Shown: positions 48,657 through 60,099, numbered from the stretch's first letter. The stretch is 64,000 nt of DNA from Minisyncoccota bacterium (GCA_035583355.1 DATEZQ010000003.1:193844-257843); one strand, 5' to 3'. Notes: a model not told the origin generated them from the letters alone. Program-made: numbers and translations.

Positions 48657-49253
48657 TTAGTCTCCGAGGCGATACGCACAATACCATCCGCCTTCGCTAT
48701 CACATGGACCATATCCGCAACACGCGCTTACTCCTACACCCATGCAATCTGCATCGGTCCACGGAGTTTCTTCTGGTCTCCATGCAATGTATTTTCCTGT
48801 ACTTATGGCGACGGTGCAGCCCGCATTGATCTGCCCATCGATATACATATAGTGGTCGCCCCACCCACGTTTCGTGTCGGGGTCCTTGGGAATCGTAATG
48901 TAGGTGCTGAGAATATTTTTGAGAAATGTATTTCCGGGTACAGCGCGGTCTCCCCAGCATGTAGTTGCATCAGTTTCTCCAATACAGAACCCATCACCCA
49001 CAACGGGAAGAGTTCCTGAAGCGTCCTCAACCATTCGGAATGCCATTTCGAGTTGGTGAATATCCGCAAGTCTTCGCGCATTGCGCGCCTTCACCTTCGC
49101 GCCCTTGAGGCTTGCAAGTACAACTGATGAGAGGAGTCCGATAATTGCTATCACTACAAGGAGCTCGATGAGAGTGAAACCCTTGATCGTTGAAGCACGA
49201 TTTTTTCCTACGCGTGCTACGTCATCTTTGCTACTTTCATTTCTGCGAACCAT
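48657..49253 (-). CDS. type IV pilin-like protein
   Basis: ...ASTIKG|FTLIELLVVIAIIGLLSSVVLASL with a long leader. Cys-rich C-terminal domain. Confidence 0.75.
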   Translation of the reverse strand: MVRRNESSKDDVARVGKNRASTIKGFTLIELLVVIAIIGLLSSVVLASLKGAKVKARNARRLADIHQLEMAFRMVEDASGTLPVVGDGFCIGETDATTCWGDRAVPGNTFLKNILSTYITIPKDPDTKRGWGDHYMYIDGQINAGCTVAISTGKYIAWRPEETPWTDADCMGVGVSACCGYGPCDSEGGWYCAYRLGD

Positions 49254-49362
49254 TGAAATATTATAGCAGATACATTTGGTGCCGCTGGGGATGTTATTTA
49301 TTATCCATATTTCGCTTGTGAAAGCAGATTTCGGTCATAGCAAATGATGCTATACTATTTAT

Positions 49363-49851
49363 ATGAACAATGGACGACGTGGCTTTACATTAATAGAATT
49401 ACTGGTCGTGATTGCGATTATTGCGTTACTTTCAAGCGTGGTGCTTGCCTCACTCGCAACTTCGCGTGCAAAGAGTCGTGATGCGAAACGTCGCAGTGAC
49501 CTCGATCAGATTCGTATCGCACTTGAGATGTATTACGATGCAAAGGGGAAGTATCCTGAGGCAGCCGACGGAAATTGCTCCGCAGTCGATGGACGTAGTT
49601 TCCAGGCAGGTGGTTGCTTGCTCGTGCTTGTTAGTGGCGGATATATTTCAAAGCTTCCTGCAGACCCACTCGCAACATCGACCGACCCACTCTATCGTTA
49701 TGATTCGTGGTGTGCGCTTCCTCCTCCTGCGCAGAATAGCAATCAGCGTTATCGCTTCATCGCGAACACCGAATTGCCTGCGGGTGGCCTGGCGAATAAT
49801 CTCTGGGCGGACAATCAAATCATGGTTGCCTCATGTGCGGATCCAAAATAA
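49363..49851 (+). CDS. type IV pilin-like protein
   Basis: MNNGRRG|FTLIELLVVIAIIALLSSVVLASL. Confidence 0.75.
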   Translation: MNNGRRGFTLIELLVVIAIIALLSSVVLASLATSRAKSRDAKRRSDLDQIRIALEMYYDAKGKYPEAADGNCSAVDGRSFQAGGCLLVLVSGGYISKLPADPLATSTDPLYRYDSWCALPPPAQNSNQRYRFIANTELPAGGLANNLWADNQIMVASCADPK

Positions 49852-49934
49852 TCGGATAGAATTCGTGTTTTGTGCACATAAAAGAAAAAGCGAGAGCACT
49901 CGCTTTTTTTGCATCTTTTTGATAGTATGGGCAA

Positions 49935-50702
49935 ATGTCTTTAATAAAGTCTCCAGGTGAAATAGAACTACTTCGTGAGGGCGGTAAGCGTCTTGCGAAG
50001 GTTTTGCGCATGACGCGCGACTATATCAAGCCAGGTATGACGACTCGTGAGGTCGATGCCTATGCCGAAAAACTTATCCGAGATATGGGGGACACTCCTC
50101 CATTCAAGAACTATCAGCCACGCGGAGCTCGCAGGCCTTTTCCCGCAGCACTGTGCATTTCGGTCAATGATGAGATTGTGCACGGCATTCCCGGTGACTA
50201 TGTCATCAAGGATGGCGATGTGGTCAGTATCGATCTTGGGCTGACCCATAAAGGGCTGGTGACCGATCATGCACTCTCAGTAATCGTAGGTGATGCTCCA
50301 CAGCGTGTAAAAGATCTTTTGCGCTATACCGAGGAGGCACTTTGGAAAGGTATTGATGCTGCGAAGATTGGAGGACATATTGGTGACATTTCTGCAGCTA
50401 TTGAAGAAGTACAGATTAAGCATAAATACGGAAATGTGCGCGAATTAGGTGGCCATGGTGTTGGCCACGGAGTGCACGAAGATCCTTATGTGCCTAATTA
50501 CGGACGCAAGGGTACGGGCCCTCGACTCCAGCAAGGGATGGTGCTCGCGATTGAACCAATGTTCATCCTCGATGGCACTGAGGATATTCGTCAGATGCCT
50601 GATGGTTGGACCATAGTGTCGCATTCTGGCGCTACTGCCGCACACTTCGAGCACACAATCGCTTTTACCGATAAGGGTGTCGAAGTCCTTACAATGGAAT
50701 GA
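49935..50702 (+). CDS. map: methionine aminopeptidase type I
   Basis: …SVNDEIVHGIP…DGDVVSIDLG…GHGVGHGVHEDP…AIEPM…H.EHT. metal-binding residues in canonical order. Confidence 0.92.
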   Translation: MSLIKSPGEIELLREGGKRLAKVLRMTRDYIKPGMTTREVDAYAEKLIRDMGDTPPFKNYQPRGARRPFPAALCISVNDEIVHGIPGDYVIKDGDVVSIDLGLTHKGLVTDHALSVIVGDAPQRVKDLLRYTEEALWKGIDAAKIGGHIGDISAAIEEVQIKHKYGNVRELGGHGVGHGVHEDPYVPNYGRKGTGPRLQQGMVLAIEPMFILDGTEDIRQMPDGWTIVSHSGATAAHFEHTIAFTDKGVEVLTME

Positions 50703-50818
50703 TTGAAAAAGACCCCTTGGGGTCTTTTTGTTTGCACACAGGAATTTTATTGCACCTATGTTGCACATGCTATAATTATAATGCGCGCTTGCGCCCATTT
50801 AAAATTTAATTCTTCTCC

Positions 50819-52882
50819 ATGATTAAACGTGCACTCCTTGGTTGCGGCACTCTGCTTCTCACATTTTTCACCTTGCTCTCCATGAGTCAGGTAGCATCTG
50901 CCGCGGTAGCTCCAGTGATTACTCAAGTCACACCGCTCAGTATTCCCGGTGGTGAACCTGCGGTCATCACGGGATCGGGTTTTGATTCTCATTCTGTTGT
51001 GTTATTTGGAAATTATGAAGTAGTCCCTAGTGCTTCAAGCCCAACGGTACTTTCATTTAATACTGTGCTCGGCATGACGTGCGGCGGGGATTACTATGTC
51101 CAGGTCAAGCAAAAAGATACGGGTGTAGTGAGTAATCAGTTCCTTGTACATTTTGTGAAGCCTCTCCCTGTCGATCCTCCAGAGATTAATGTGACCAATA
51201 GGCCATGGCATAAGCTTCCTCCGGGATTTCGCATGGTGATTGACGGGCCCGGAAACACCTTCGGGTGCGGACAGGGTGTACGTCCAAATTTTGGCCCCGG
51301 CCTGAAGATCGTCTTCGATGGTAATACAGCTGCGGCCATCACTCCGACAATTGATGATCTTACGCTAGAAGTTGTTCTTCCGACATCGCTTGCGCTCGGC
51401 AACCATTACATGCAGGCTTTATATAATGGACATTTGAGTAATAAGATTAATTTTGATATTGCCGAGCCATATGCGCTCAAGACACCTATACTTCGCACGC
51501 TGAAGATCTATTCAAACGGTGTGATAAGCGATGTCACTTATAACAGCGATAATATCCAAACTGATTATATTGAGGTCGTTGCAGACAATCTGCAGCGTGG
51601 CACAACAGTGCTCACGGATGTGCAAGTATGGCTTGATGGAAAGAAGCTCGATACTGCGCAGTTTGCAGGTGGTGACCCACAGCCATTCATTTTCAATATT
51701 CCCAAAACGATAACTGCAGGGACGCATCAAGTTTCAGTTTATAATCCGAATGACACCAATCCGTCTTTACCAGGAGCTGAGAGTAATAAGCTGCAACTCA
51801 TCGTGCGCAACGATGCGGATCGACCCGCAATGATTTCTGGAGTTGGTGCAAATTTTGCAAATTGGACTTTCGTTCCTATTGATAAAGAAGGAGCTACGAT
51901 TCGCGTCACTGGACGAATATATCCTGACTCAGTAGCTATTATTGATGGTGTGAAGCAGCCAAGTGAGTTTTGGTCACAATATTATGTGCTCAATGTACCT
52001 ATTCCTGCGAGCTTAAATGTTGGTACTCATAAAATTCGCCTTGGCAGCAAGAATGACAATAGAGCATTAAGCAATGAGATGACTTTTGAGGCAAAGAAAC
52101 TTGCCGACATGACTCCTGACGATAGTAATTTGCCAAAGATAACAACGGTCGACCCAATCCGTGCTTTGCAGGGTCAGGCCATAGTTATTCATGGTGAAAA
52201 TCTTAGCTGCAGCTCTTTCGTAATGTTCAGCAACATGCGCGTGACCAGCTCGGGGTGCGCGACTACTGCAGCGGGAGTAAAGTTTGCTGTTCCAGCAACT
52301 ACTCCAAATGGTAGCCACAGTATCGAAATGTCTGATCCTTCGACAGGTAAGAAAACGGATGCAGTATGGATTACAGTGGGGCAAACAAGCGGTCCAGGAA
52401 GTACCAATCAAACTGGTGATAGTAAACGTACCGATACAGTTCGTCTCGGACAAGTGCCATTCCCTGTGCTTACTACGGGTACGAGTGGCGCAGGTGCGCA
52501 GCAGTCTATCAGTGATTACATTGCAAAATTGCGCGCAGACATGCAGCAGCGTGCAGCTGCTTCAAGGCAGAATGCAGCAAGTAGTGCAGTATCTGCGCCA
52601 CGCACAATTAATCCCCCAATGGCAGATAAGAAGTTGGAGGCATGCGTAGGCATTGAGCGAAGTCTTGGATTGCGCTCAAAAGACGCAAAAAACAGTAGTG
52701 ATGTGACAATGCTCCAGAGTTTCCTTGTCGCTGGTGATTATCTCAAGGCAGAGCCTACGGGATACTATGGCGCACTTACTGCAAAGGCGGTGAAGAGTTT
52801 CCAGAAAGCCAATGGTATCAGCCAGACGGGAACGGTTGGTCCGCAAACACGAGCGAAGATCAAGAGTTTCCTTTGCAATTAG
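50819..52882 (+). CDS. secreted cell-surface protein with IPT/TIG-like repeats and C-terminal peptidoglycan-binding domain
   Basis: Signal peptide. Repeated ..P.ITQVTP.S.PGGE..VITGSGF modules. C-terminal YYGALTAKAVKSFQKANGISQTGTVGPQTRAKIKSFL (PG_binding_1-like). Confidence 0.6.
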   Translation: MIKRALLGCGTLLLTFFTLLSMSQVASAAVAPVITQVTPLSIPGGEPAVITGSGFDSHSVVLFGNYEVVPSASSPTVLSFNTVLGMTCGGDYYVQVKQKDTGVVSNQFLVHFVKPLPVDPPEINVTNRPWHKLPPGFRMVIDGPGNTFGCGQGVRPNFGPGLKIVFDGNTAAAITPTIDDLTLEVVLPTSLALGNHYMQALYNGHLSNKINFDIAEPYALKTPILRTLKIYSNGVISDVTYNSDNIQTDYIEVVADNLQRGTTVLTDVQVWLDGKKLDTAQFAGGDPQPFIFNIPKTITAGTHQVSVYNPNDTNPSLPGAESNKLQLIVRNDADRPAMISGVGANFANWTFVPIDKEGATIRVTGRIYPDSVAIIDGVKQPSEFWSQYYVLNVPIPASLNVGTHKIRLGSKNDNRALSNEMTFEAKKLADMTPDDSNLPKITTVDPIRALQGQAIVIHGENLSCSSFVMFSNMRVTSSGCATTAAGVKFAVPATTPNGSHSIEMSDPSTGKKTDAVWITVGQTSGPGSTNQTGDSKRTDTVRLGQVPFPVLTTGTSGAGAQQSISDYIAKLRADMQQRAAASRQNAASSAVSAPRTINPPMADKKLEACVGIERSLGLRSKDAKNSSDVTMLQSFLVAGDYLKAEPTGYYGALTAKAVKSFQKANGISQTGTVGPQTRAKIKSFLCN

Positions 52883-52940
52883 CATTATCGAAAAACCATC
52901 TTGCGCTTGCGAGATGGTTTTTCTTGTATAGACTATAGGT

Positions 52941-53240
52941 ATGAAGAACTTACCGATAGAGGAGTTCATTGTGCTCCAGAAGAAAGGTGCACTCCCTATG
53001 GATGCAGTCGTCATTGATGTGCGCATGGATGGGGAGTATGATCTCGAGCATCTTCCCCATGCAATAAATATTGACGTGTCGCATCCGAACTTTATGCATG
53101 CTGTGCAGAAGCTCGATAAAACAAAACCGTATTATCTGTATTGTGCAAGCGGCGGTCGCAGTCAGGTGGCGGCACAGATGATGTCTGCAATTGGGTTTAC
53201 TGATGTCACCAATCTCGAAGGCGGCATGATGGTATTATAA
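52941..53240 (+). CDS. rhodanese-domain protein
   Basis: …VIDVRMDGEYDLEHLPHAINI…YYLYCASGGRSQVAAQMMSAIGF… single rhodanese domain with active-site Cys. Confidence 0.75.
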   Translation: MKNLPIEEFIVLQKKGALPMDAVVIDVRMDGEYDLEHLPHAINIDVSHPNFMHAVQKLDKTKPYYLYCASGGRSQVAAQMMSAIGFTDVTNLEGGMMVL

Positions 53241-53306
53241 AAACAATCCCCGAGGGATTGTTTTTTTACATTTTAGCAAACGATGAATCGGTATGAAATC
53301 AGTCGC

Positions 53307-53666
53307 TTAAATACCAAATTGGTTTACAGGAAGAGTCTGTTGCTGTACAGGTACCTGCTGATAGTAGTATCCACCCATCATGCCACGGCCCTGTCCGTAG
53401 TAGGTGTTGCCTCCACGCATCATTCCGCTGCGGTAACCATAGTCACCATAACCATTCATCATGCGTCCATAACCGAACTCTCCGCGGAATTCACCAACCT
53501 TAACGCCGAGCCAGAAGACGAAGAGGAGCATACCGAGTAAGAGAACGATGCGGAGCACGCGATGCTTATTCCACGCACAATGGCCATGCATGTGGTCGTG
53601 ACCATGCATCTGTTCGCTCATCGTTCCATCATTGTGATGATGATCGTGATTACAAAATTCACACAT
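53307..53666 (-). CDS. His-rich, Gly/Tyr/Met-rich small membrane protein
   Basis: MCEFCNHDHHHNDGTMSEQMHGHDHMHGHCAW, then a TM helix and a GYGRMMNGYGDYGYRSGMMRGGNTYYGQGRGMMGGYYY tail. Confidence 0.45.
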   Translation of the reverse strand: MCEFCNHDHHHNDGTMSEQMHGHDHMHGHCAWNKHRVLRIVLLLGMLLFVFWLGVKVGEFRGEFGYGRMMNGYGDYGYRSGMMRGGNTYYGQGRGMMGGYYYQQVPVQQQTLPVNQFGI

Positions 53667-53845
53667 AATATGAAAATATTATTATTGTTAATGTGTACAC
53701 CGCAGTGGCGGCTATGACTCTATTATATGCCAATACTGTATATATGAAAGTATTAGGTGTGAAGAACTCATGAAGAGAGGCGATAATTGACAATTACATG
53801 CTCTAGGTGCAGGCTAGATGCAGCATATTGTTCCTGGAGGCGGTG

Positions 53846-54430
53846 ATGCAGCAAGTCTATGTCCTTCTTGGAAAGAGGCTTAGTCACGAGAGGTATTTGC
53901 GCGCAAAAGGAGATAATCCCAACGCTTGGGCGCTTCACCCGGATGCGCAACTACGTGTCGATGCACTCGCGGCAATCTGTCGAGAGGCACCTGTGGATCT
54001 ACTGGTGTGCAGTGGGGGAGAGACTGCAGGCTTCGGTCTTCCGAGCGAGGCCTACTCGCTTTCGCGAGGATTCCTTTCTTCGGATTTTGGACCACGGTGT
54101 CCGAAGATCCTCCTTGATGAGGAGTCGCTGAATACTGCGGAGAACGCGCAGTGCGTGAAGCGTCTTCTCCTGGACGTGCAGTACTTTACCTTGCACATCG
54201 TTACGAGCGGCTACCATGTGGCTCGCGTCAAGAAAATCTTTGCTGCACAGCATCTCAACATCGAAGTGCTTTCTGCGGAGGATGTCGTCGCCAACCTCGT
54301 CCCCGAGCGTAGGGCAGAGATGCTCACGTACAAGAAGAGCCTCCATGTGCGGCTTGAACGCATTCGTGAGTGGGTGAGTCGCAGACTTTCCCCGAGACTT
54401 CTCACAAAGCTCGCTCACTATTTCAGATAA
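53846..54430 (+). CDS. DUF218 (SanA/YdcF/ElyC-family) protein
   Basis: VDLLVCSGGETAGFGLPSEAYS...LLDEESLNTAENAQCVKRLL. GGAGG before the ATG at 53846. Confidence 0.6.
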   Translation: MQQVYVLLGKRLSHERYLRAKGDNPNAWALHPDAQLRVDALAAICREAPVDLLVCSGGETAGFGLPSEAYSLSRGFLSSDFGPRCPKILLDEESLNTAENAQCVKRLLLDVQYFTLHIVTSGYHVARVKKIFAAQHLNIEVLSAEDVVANLVPERRAEMLTYKKSLHVRLERIREWVSRRLSPRLLTKLAHYFR

Positions 54431-54682
54431 CACAAAGGCCCAGTGATGGGCCTTTTCTTAATTTGTAAAAACAGAGAGCGAATATATCCTATTTAACTGT
54501 GGATTGCATGGGGATAGGAAAGCTATTGTGTGCAGCATCATTTGGCGTCGCATGAGCGCAATAAGGTAGGTTCGACCTACGGCAAGAGATGATATTTTTG
54601 GGATTTTAAGCGCTTAAAATGGAAAATTTTCTAAAGGACAGAAATATCCATATTTTTGGGCGTATTTCTTCAAAAAGTCTTC

Positions 54683-54710
54683 TTGACAGTATTCTGTATT
54701 CTGCTATACT
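54683..54710 (+). promoter_or_regulatory. rRNA promoter P1 (TTGACA-16-TATACT)
   Basis: Both hexamers are perfect consensus, about 470 nt upstream of 23S. Confidence 0.55.
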
Positions 54711-54784
54711 CGTCATCAGCTCAGAAGGAATTTGGAGCGCAGAAATCGACCCGAAAGGGAAAACGAAGACTGTGAGAAAATTGC

Positions 54785-54812
54785 TTGACAATTTTCCGAA
54801 TCCGAATATACT
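54785..54812 (+). promoter_or_regulatory. rRNA promoter P2 (TTGACA-16-TATACT)
   Basis: Second consensus promoter about 100 nt downstream of P1, giving a tandem P1/P2 arrangement. Confidence 0.55.
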
Positions 54813-54928
54813 TGAGAGCACCTGAAATATGTTTACTACGAAATAAGAAACGCCACTGCTCGGACGCCTTAAACAGGCAACCGCGCGAACCGCGCTTTTT
54901 TTATCGCAAAACATGTCGGGTACGAACT

Positions 54929-55020
54929 TTGAAAACTGAATCCACTGATGATTGTGAGGAGATGAGTAATCGACTTACGTGAATCATACAGTGTAACAAA
55001 AGGTGTAATCATTGAGCAAC
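54929..55020 (+). promoter_or_regulatory. 5' half of the 23S processing stem
   Basis: ctttgaaaactgaatc...gtgtaacaaaaggtgtaatcattgagcaac is the reverse complement of 58193-58240 downstream of 23S. Confidence 0.6.
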
Positions 55021-55149
55021 ACTCAGAGAAGCGCCCTTCTAAAAAAATTAGTCGAAAGACTGGTCTTTTCGTCGGAAGGCTCGCGAAGAACTGAGAAAAA
55101 GTAGGTTATGCAGTAATGCATAGCCCACTCGATAAAATGTTGCGGTTAT

Positions 55150-58132
<2,983 letters not shown>

Positions 58133-58265
58133 AGTCATGCGGACGAACTATGTTCTGAAACACGCAACATTTTCGACACGATTTAATCGTGATAGTTGCT
58201 CAATGATTACACCTTTTGTTAAAGATTCAGTTTTCAAAGCTTCACAGTACATTGTTTGTATTGAT

Positions 58266-58377
58266 AGAGGTGGCTCGACGTTGTGGACCCACCCGGTCTC
58301 ATTCCGAACCCGGAAGTGAAACATGATAGTGCCAATGATACTCTTCAGAAGAGGGGAAAGTAGGTAGCTGCCTCGAT
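58266..58377 (+). rRNA. rrf: 5S ribosomal RNA
   Basis: gtggacccacccggtctcattccgaacccggaagtgaaac matches the 5S loop B/helix III consensus. Terminal helix gaggtggc/gctgcctc. Confidence 0.85.
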
Positions 58378-58495
58378 CAATGTAAACAATGAATGAAGAA
58401 ACACTCGAAAGAGTGTTTTTTCTTATATGTTAAATTCTTAATGCAAGGTCTCCGCCTTTTGCAGAGGCTTGAATTTGTCAGAAGAGGGGAAATAA

Positions 58496-58567
58496 AAGAA
58501 CGCCCCTTCGGGGACCAGGGCGTTCTTGCCCGATAGTGTCGCGCCTCCGCGCGTCAGATCAACTCAC
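58496..58567 (+). repeat. conserved ~70 nt two-hairpin module (copy 2, downstream of 5S)
   Basis: Near-identical to 5335-5406. Second hairpin cgcgc-ctcc-gcgcg here versus ctcgc-ctcc-gcgag in copy 1. Confidence 0.7.
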
Positions 58568-58577
58568 GCCTCAGCTA

Positions 58578-58700
58578 CGCTGAGTCGCTCACGGGTAGGT
58601 ACGCTGCAAATGCGCAATCCACTGATTGCGTCGCACTCGCTCTAGCAGGTAAGCCAATGATACCGAGATGCGCTGAGTCGCTCACGGGTAGGTACGCTGC
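58578..58700 (+). repeat. 30 nt direct repeat x2 (cgctgagtcgctcacgggtaggtacgctgc) with 63 nt spacer
   Basis: Exact copies at 58578-58607 and 58671-58700. Related to the gactcgctcac motif of the repeat family. Confidence 0.6.
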
Positions 58701-58819
58701 CTCAATACACAGAGTTGCTCATTGTTAAATGTGCACATATTTAAATATTTAAATGCGCATTTAAGGATGTTTAGGGCGAACGTGCTAAACGTCTTTTTGG
58801 TGAAAGAGCGAGGCAGGGA

Positions 58820-58850
58820 TTGACTTTTTGGCACTTTCAATTAATATTAT
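58820..58850 (+). promoter_or_regulatory. putative promoter of tRNA-like RNA #2
   Basis: TTGACT, 17 nt spacer, AATATT (or 19 nt spacer, TATTAT), 20-25 nt upstream of GGGGCTG. Confidence 0.35.
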
Positions 58851-58869
58851 AGGGCTTTGTTCTTTCCAT

Positions 58870-59048
58870 GGGGCTGCCTTTCGGGGCGTGTATGAGTGAC
58901 TACTCCTCTGGTACGCGAAGTTTGCGTATCTCGTCGTGGGCTTACCGCCTGCCAGCTCCTCCAATTTCTTTGCTCTTTGGGGCCGTCGTGCGAGCGTCTG
59001 TTCCCTGGGGAATGGAAGGCGAAGGTTCAACTCCTTCCGGCTCCGCCA
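58870..59048 (+). ncRNA. tRNA-like/tmRNA-like structured RNA candidate #2 (GGGGCUG...CCA)
   Basis: 5' GGGGCTG pairs 7/7 with 3' CGGCTCC, including a G3:U70 wobble. T-arm GAAGG-TTCAACT-CCTTC. Discriminator G, encoded CCA. Terminator at 59061-59086. An alternative 5' strand GGGGCCG lies at 58979. Two reading frames across the element are stop-free and the third has only an early TGA, so no tag ORF is evident. Confidence 0.4.
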
Positions 59049-59060
59049 AAGAGATCTCTA

Positions 59061-59086
59061 AGCCCCACGTGATGGGGTTTTTCTTT
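59061..59086 (+). terminator. rho-independent terminator after RNA candidate #2
   Basis: cccca-cgtga-tgggg followed by TTTTTCTTT. Confidence 0.55.
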
Positions 59087-59177
59087 ATTTCGATTTTAGT
59101 TGACATATTCCCACCATGTCGTAGTGTAAATCAGTCCTGCTCTTGAATTTTCATTCACCTATTGATATGGAGGCCTT

Positions 59178-59588
59178 ATGTCGAACCAGTCGATGTCCCG
59201 CTCTGATACTGGGGTAATGCTCAGCGCGTTACTGCTCCAGATGCTCTGCAATCTTCATTTGGCACAGCGAGCGTTGCTGCAGGGCTATCTCACACTCTGT
59301 GATAGTAGTCTGCGTAACGCCTTGCTTTCGAGCATGGGCTCCGTGCGTTTCGTTGCGAGTGAAGATGATGCAGTTGTGATGAGGCAGATGAATCATGTCA
59401 CCGAGAAGCTGCGTTCCGCAGTCGATTCATTGTCGGATCACAAGCAAACGGAATCCTCGATCTTGGAAGCGGGCATCGCTATCCTTGATGCGGAGGCGGT
59501 TACCTCAGGTACTGCTCCCTCCGCTGAGTTCAGCAGTATTCTCGAGGAGATATCGAATCTGTACCTCGCACTTGATGTCCCTGCTTAG
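59178..59588 (+). CDS. hypothetical protein
   Basis: 136 aa ORF followed by a strong terminator at 59602-59636 (13 bp stem, then TTTTT). Confidence 0.5.
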   Translation: MSNQSMSRSDTGVMLSALLLQMLCNLHLAQRALLQGYLTLCDSSLRNALLSSMGSVRFVASEDDAVVMRQMNHVTEKLRSAVDSLSDHKQTESSILEAGIAILDAEAVTSGTAPSAEFSSILEEISNLYLALDVPA

Positions 59589-59747
59589 GGTAAATCTATT
59601 TGGACGTTTACGACGAGCGTCGTAAACGTCCTTTTTCTAACTCTCGACAAAACGCGAATTTGGAATAGATTGTGTGTAGACAGTCACTTTGGAGCTTTTA
59701 TGTATCTACTCGTACATGAGCATTGTCTATGTGAAGATTTCATAAAT

Positions 59748-60014
59748 ATGCTTGGGAGGTTTTGTGCGCTCACGTTGATTTCTGCGCCTATTGCGGTTGT
59801 GCTCGTGCTCCTCTCCGCCAGCAATTTCTGGTGGTCGAATGCACGTGTGCTATCTCGATTGCAGCGTGAAGAACCCTCTGTTCAGCGCATCATTTCTGTA
59901 GAACGACACCTCGCCAGTCCACCAATCTATACCGTAGAGCTTGAGGGTGGAGTTCGGGAAGCGTATCTTCTCGAGACGGATATCATACAGCGCTCATACT
60001 TTTTCCGTCGCTAA
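59748..60014 (+). CDS. small membrane-anchored hypothetical protein
   Basis: TM LISAPIAVVLVLLSA. Terminator aaagtgccctcgggcacttttt at 60015-60038. Start uncertain (59670 or 59748). Confidence 0.35.
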   Translation: MLGRFCALTLISAPIAVVLVLLSASNFWWSNARVLSRLQREEPSVQRIISVERHLASPPIYTVELEGGVREAYLLETDIIQRSYFFRR

Positions 60015-60099
60015 AGCGCAAAGTGCCCTCGGGCACTTTTTGTTTGAAATTGTTAGAAAATGTGTCAAAGTAGCCATATTTATAGGCATATAATAGTGA

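Noticed and set aside
58578-58700. Possible CRISPR mini-array (30 nt repeat x2)
   Set aside because: Only two copies, the spacer is about 63 nt (too long), and the repeat shares a core with the intergenic repeat family. No cas genes are nearby.
58868-59146. 92 aa ORF over RNA candidate #2
   Set aside because: Spans the structured RNA and its terminator. No SD. The RNA interpretation is better supported.
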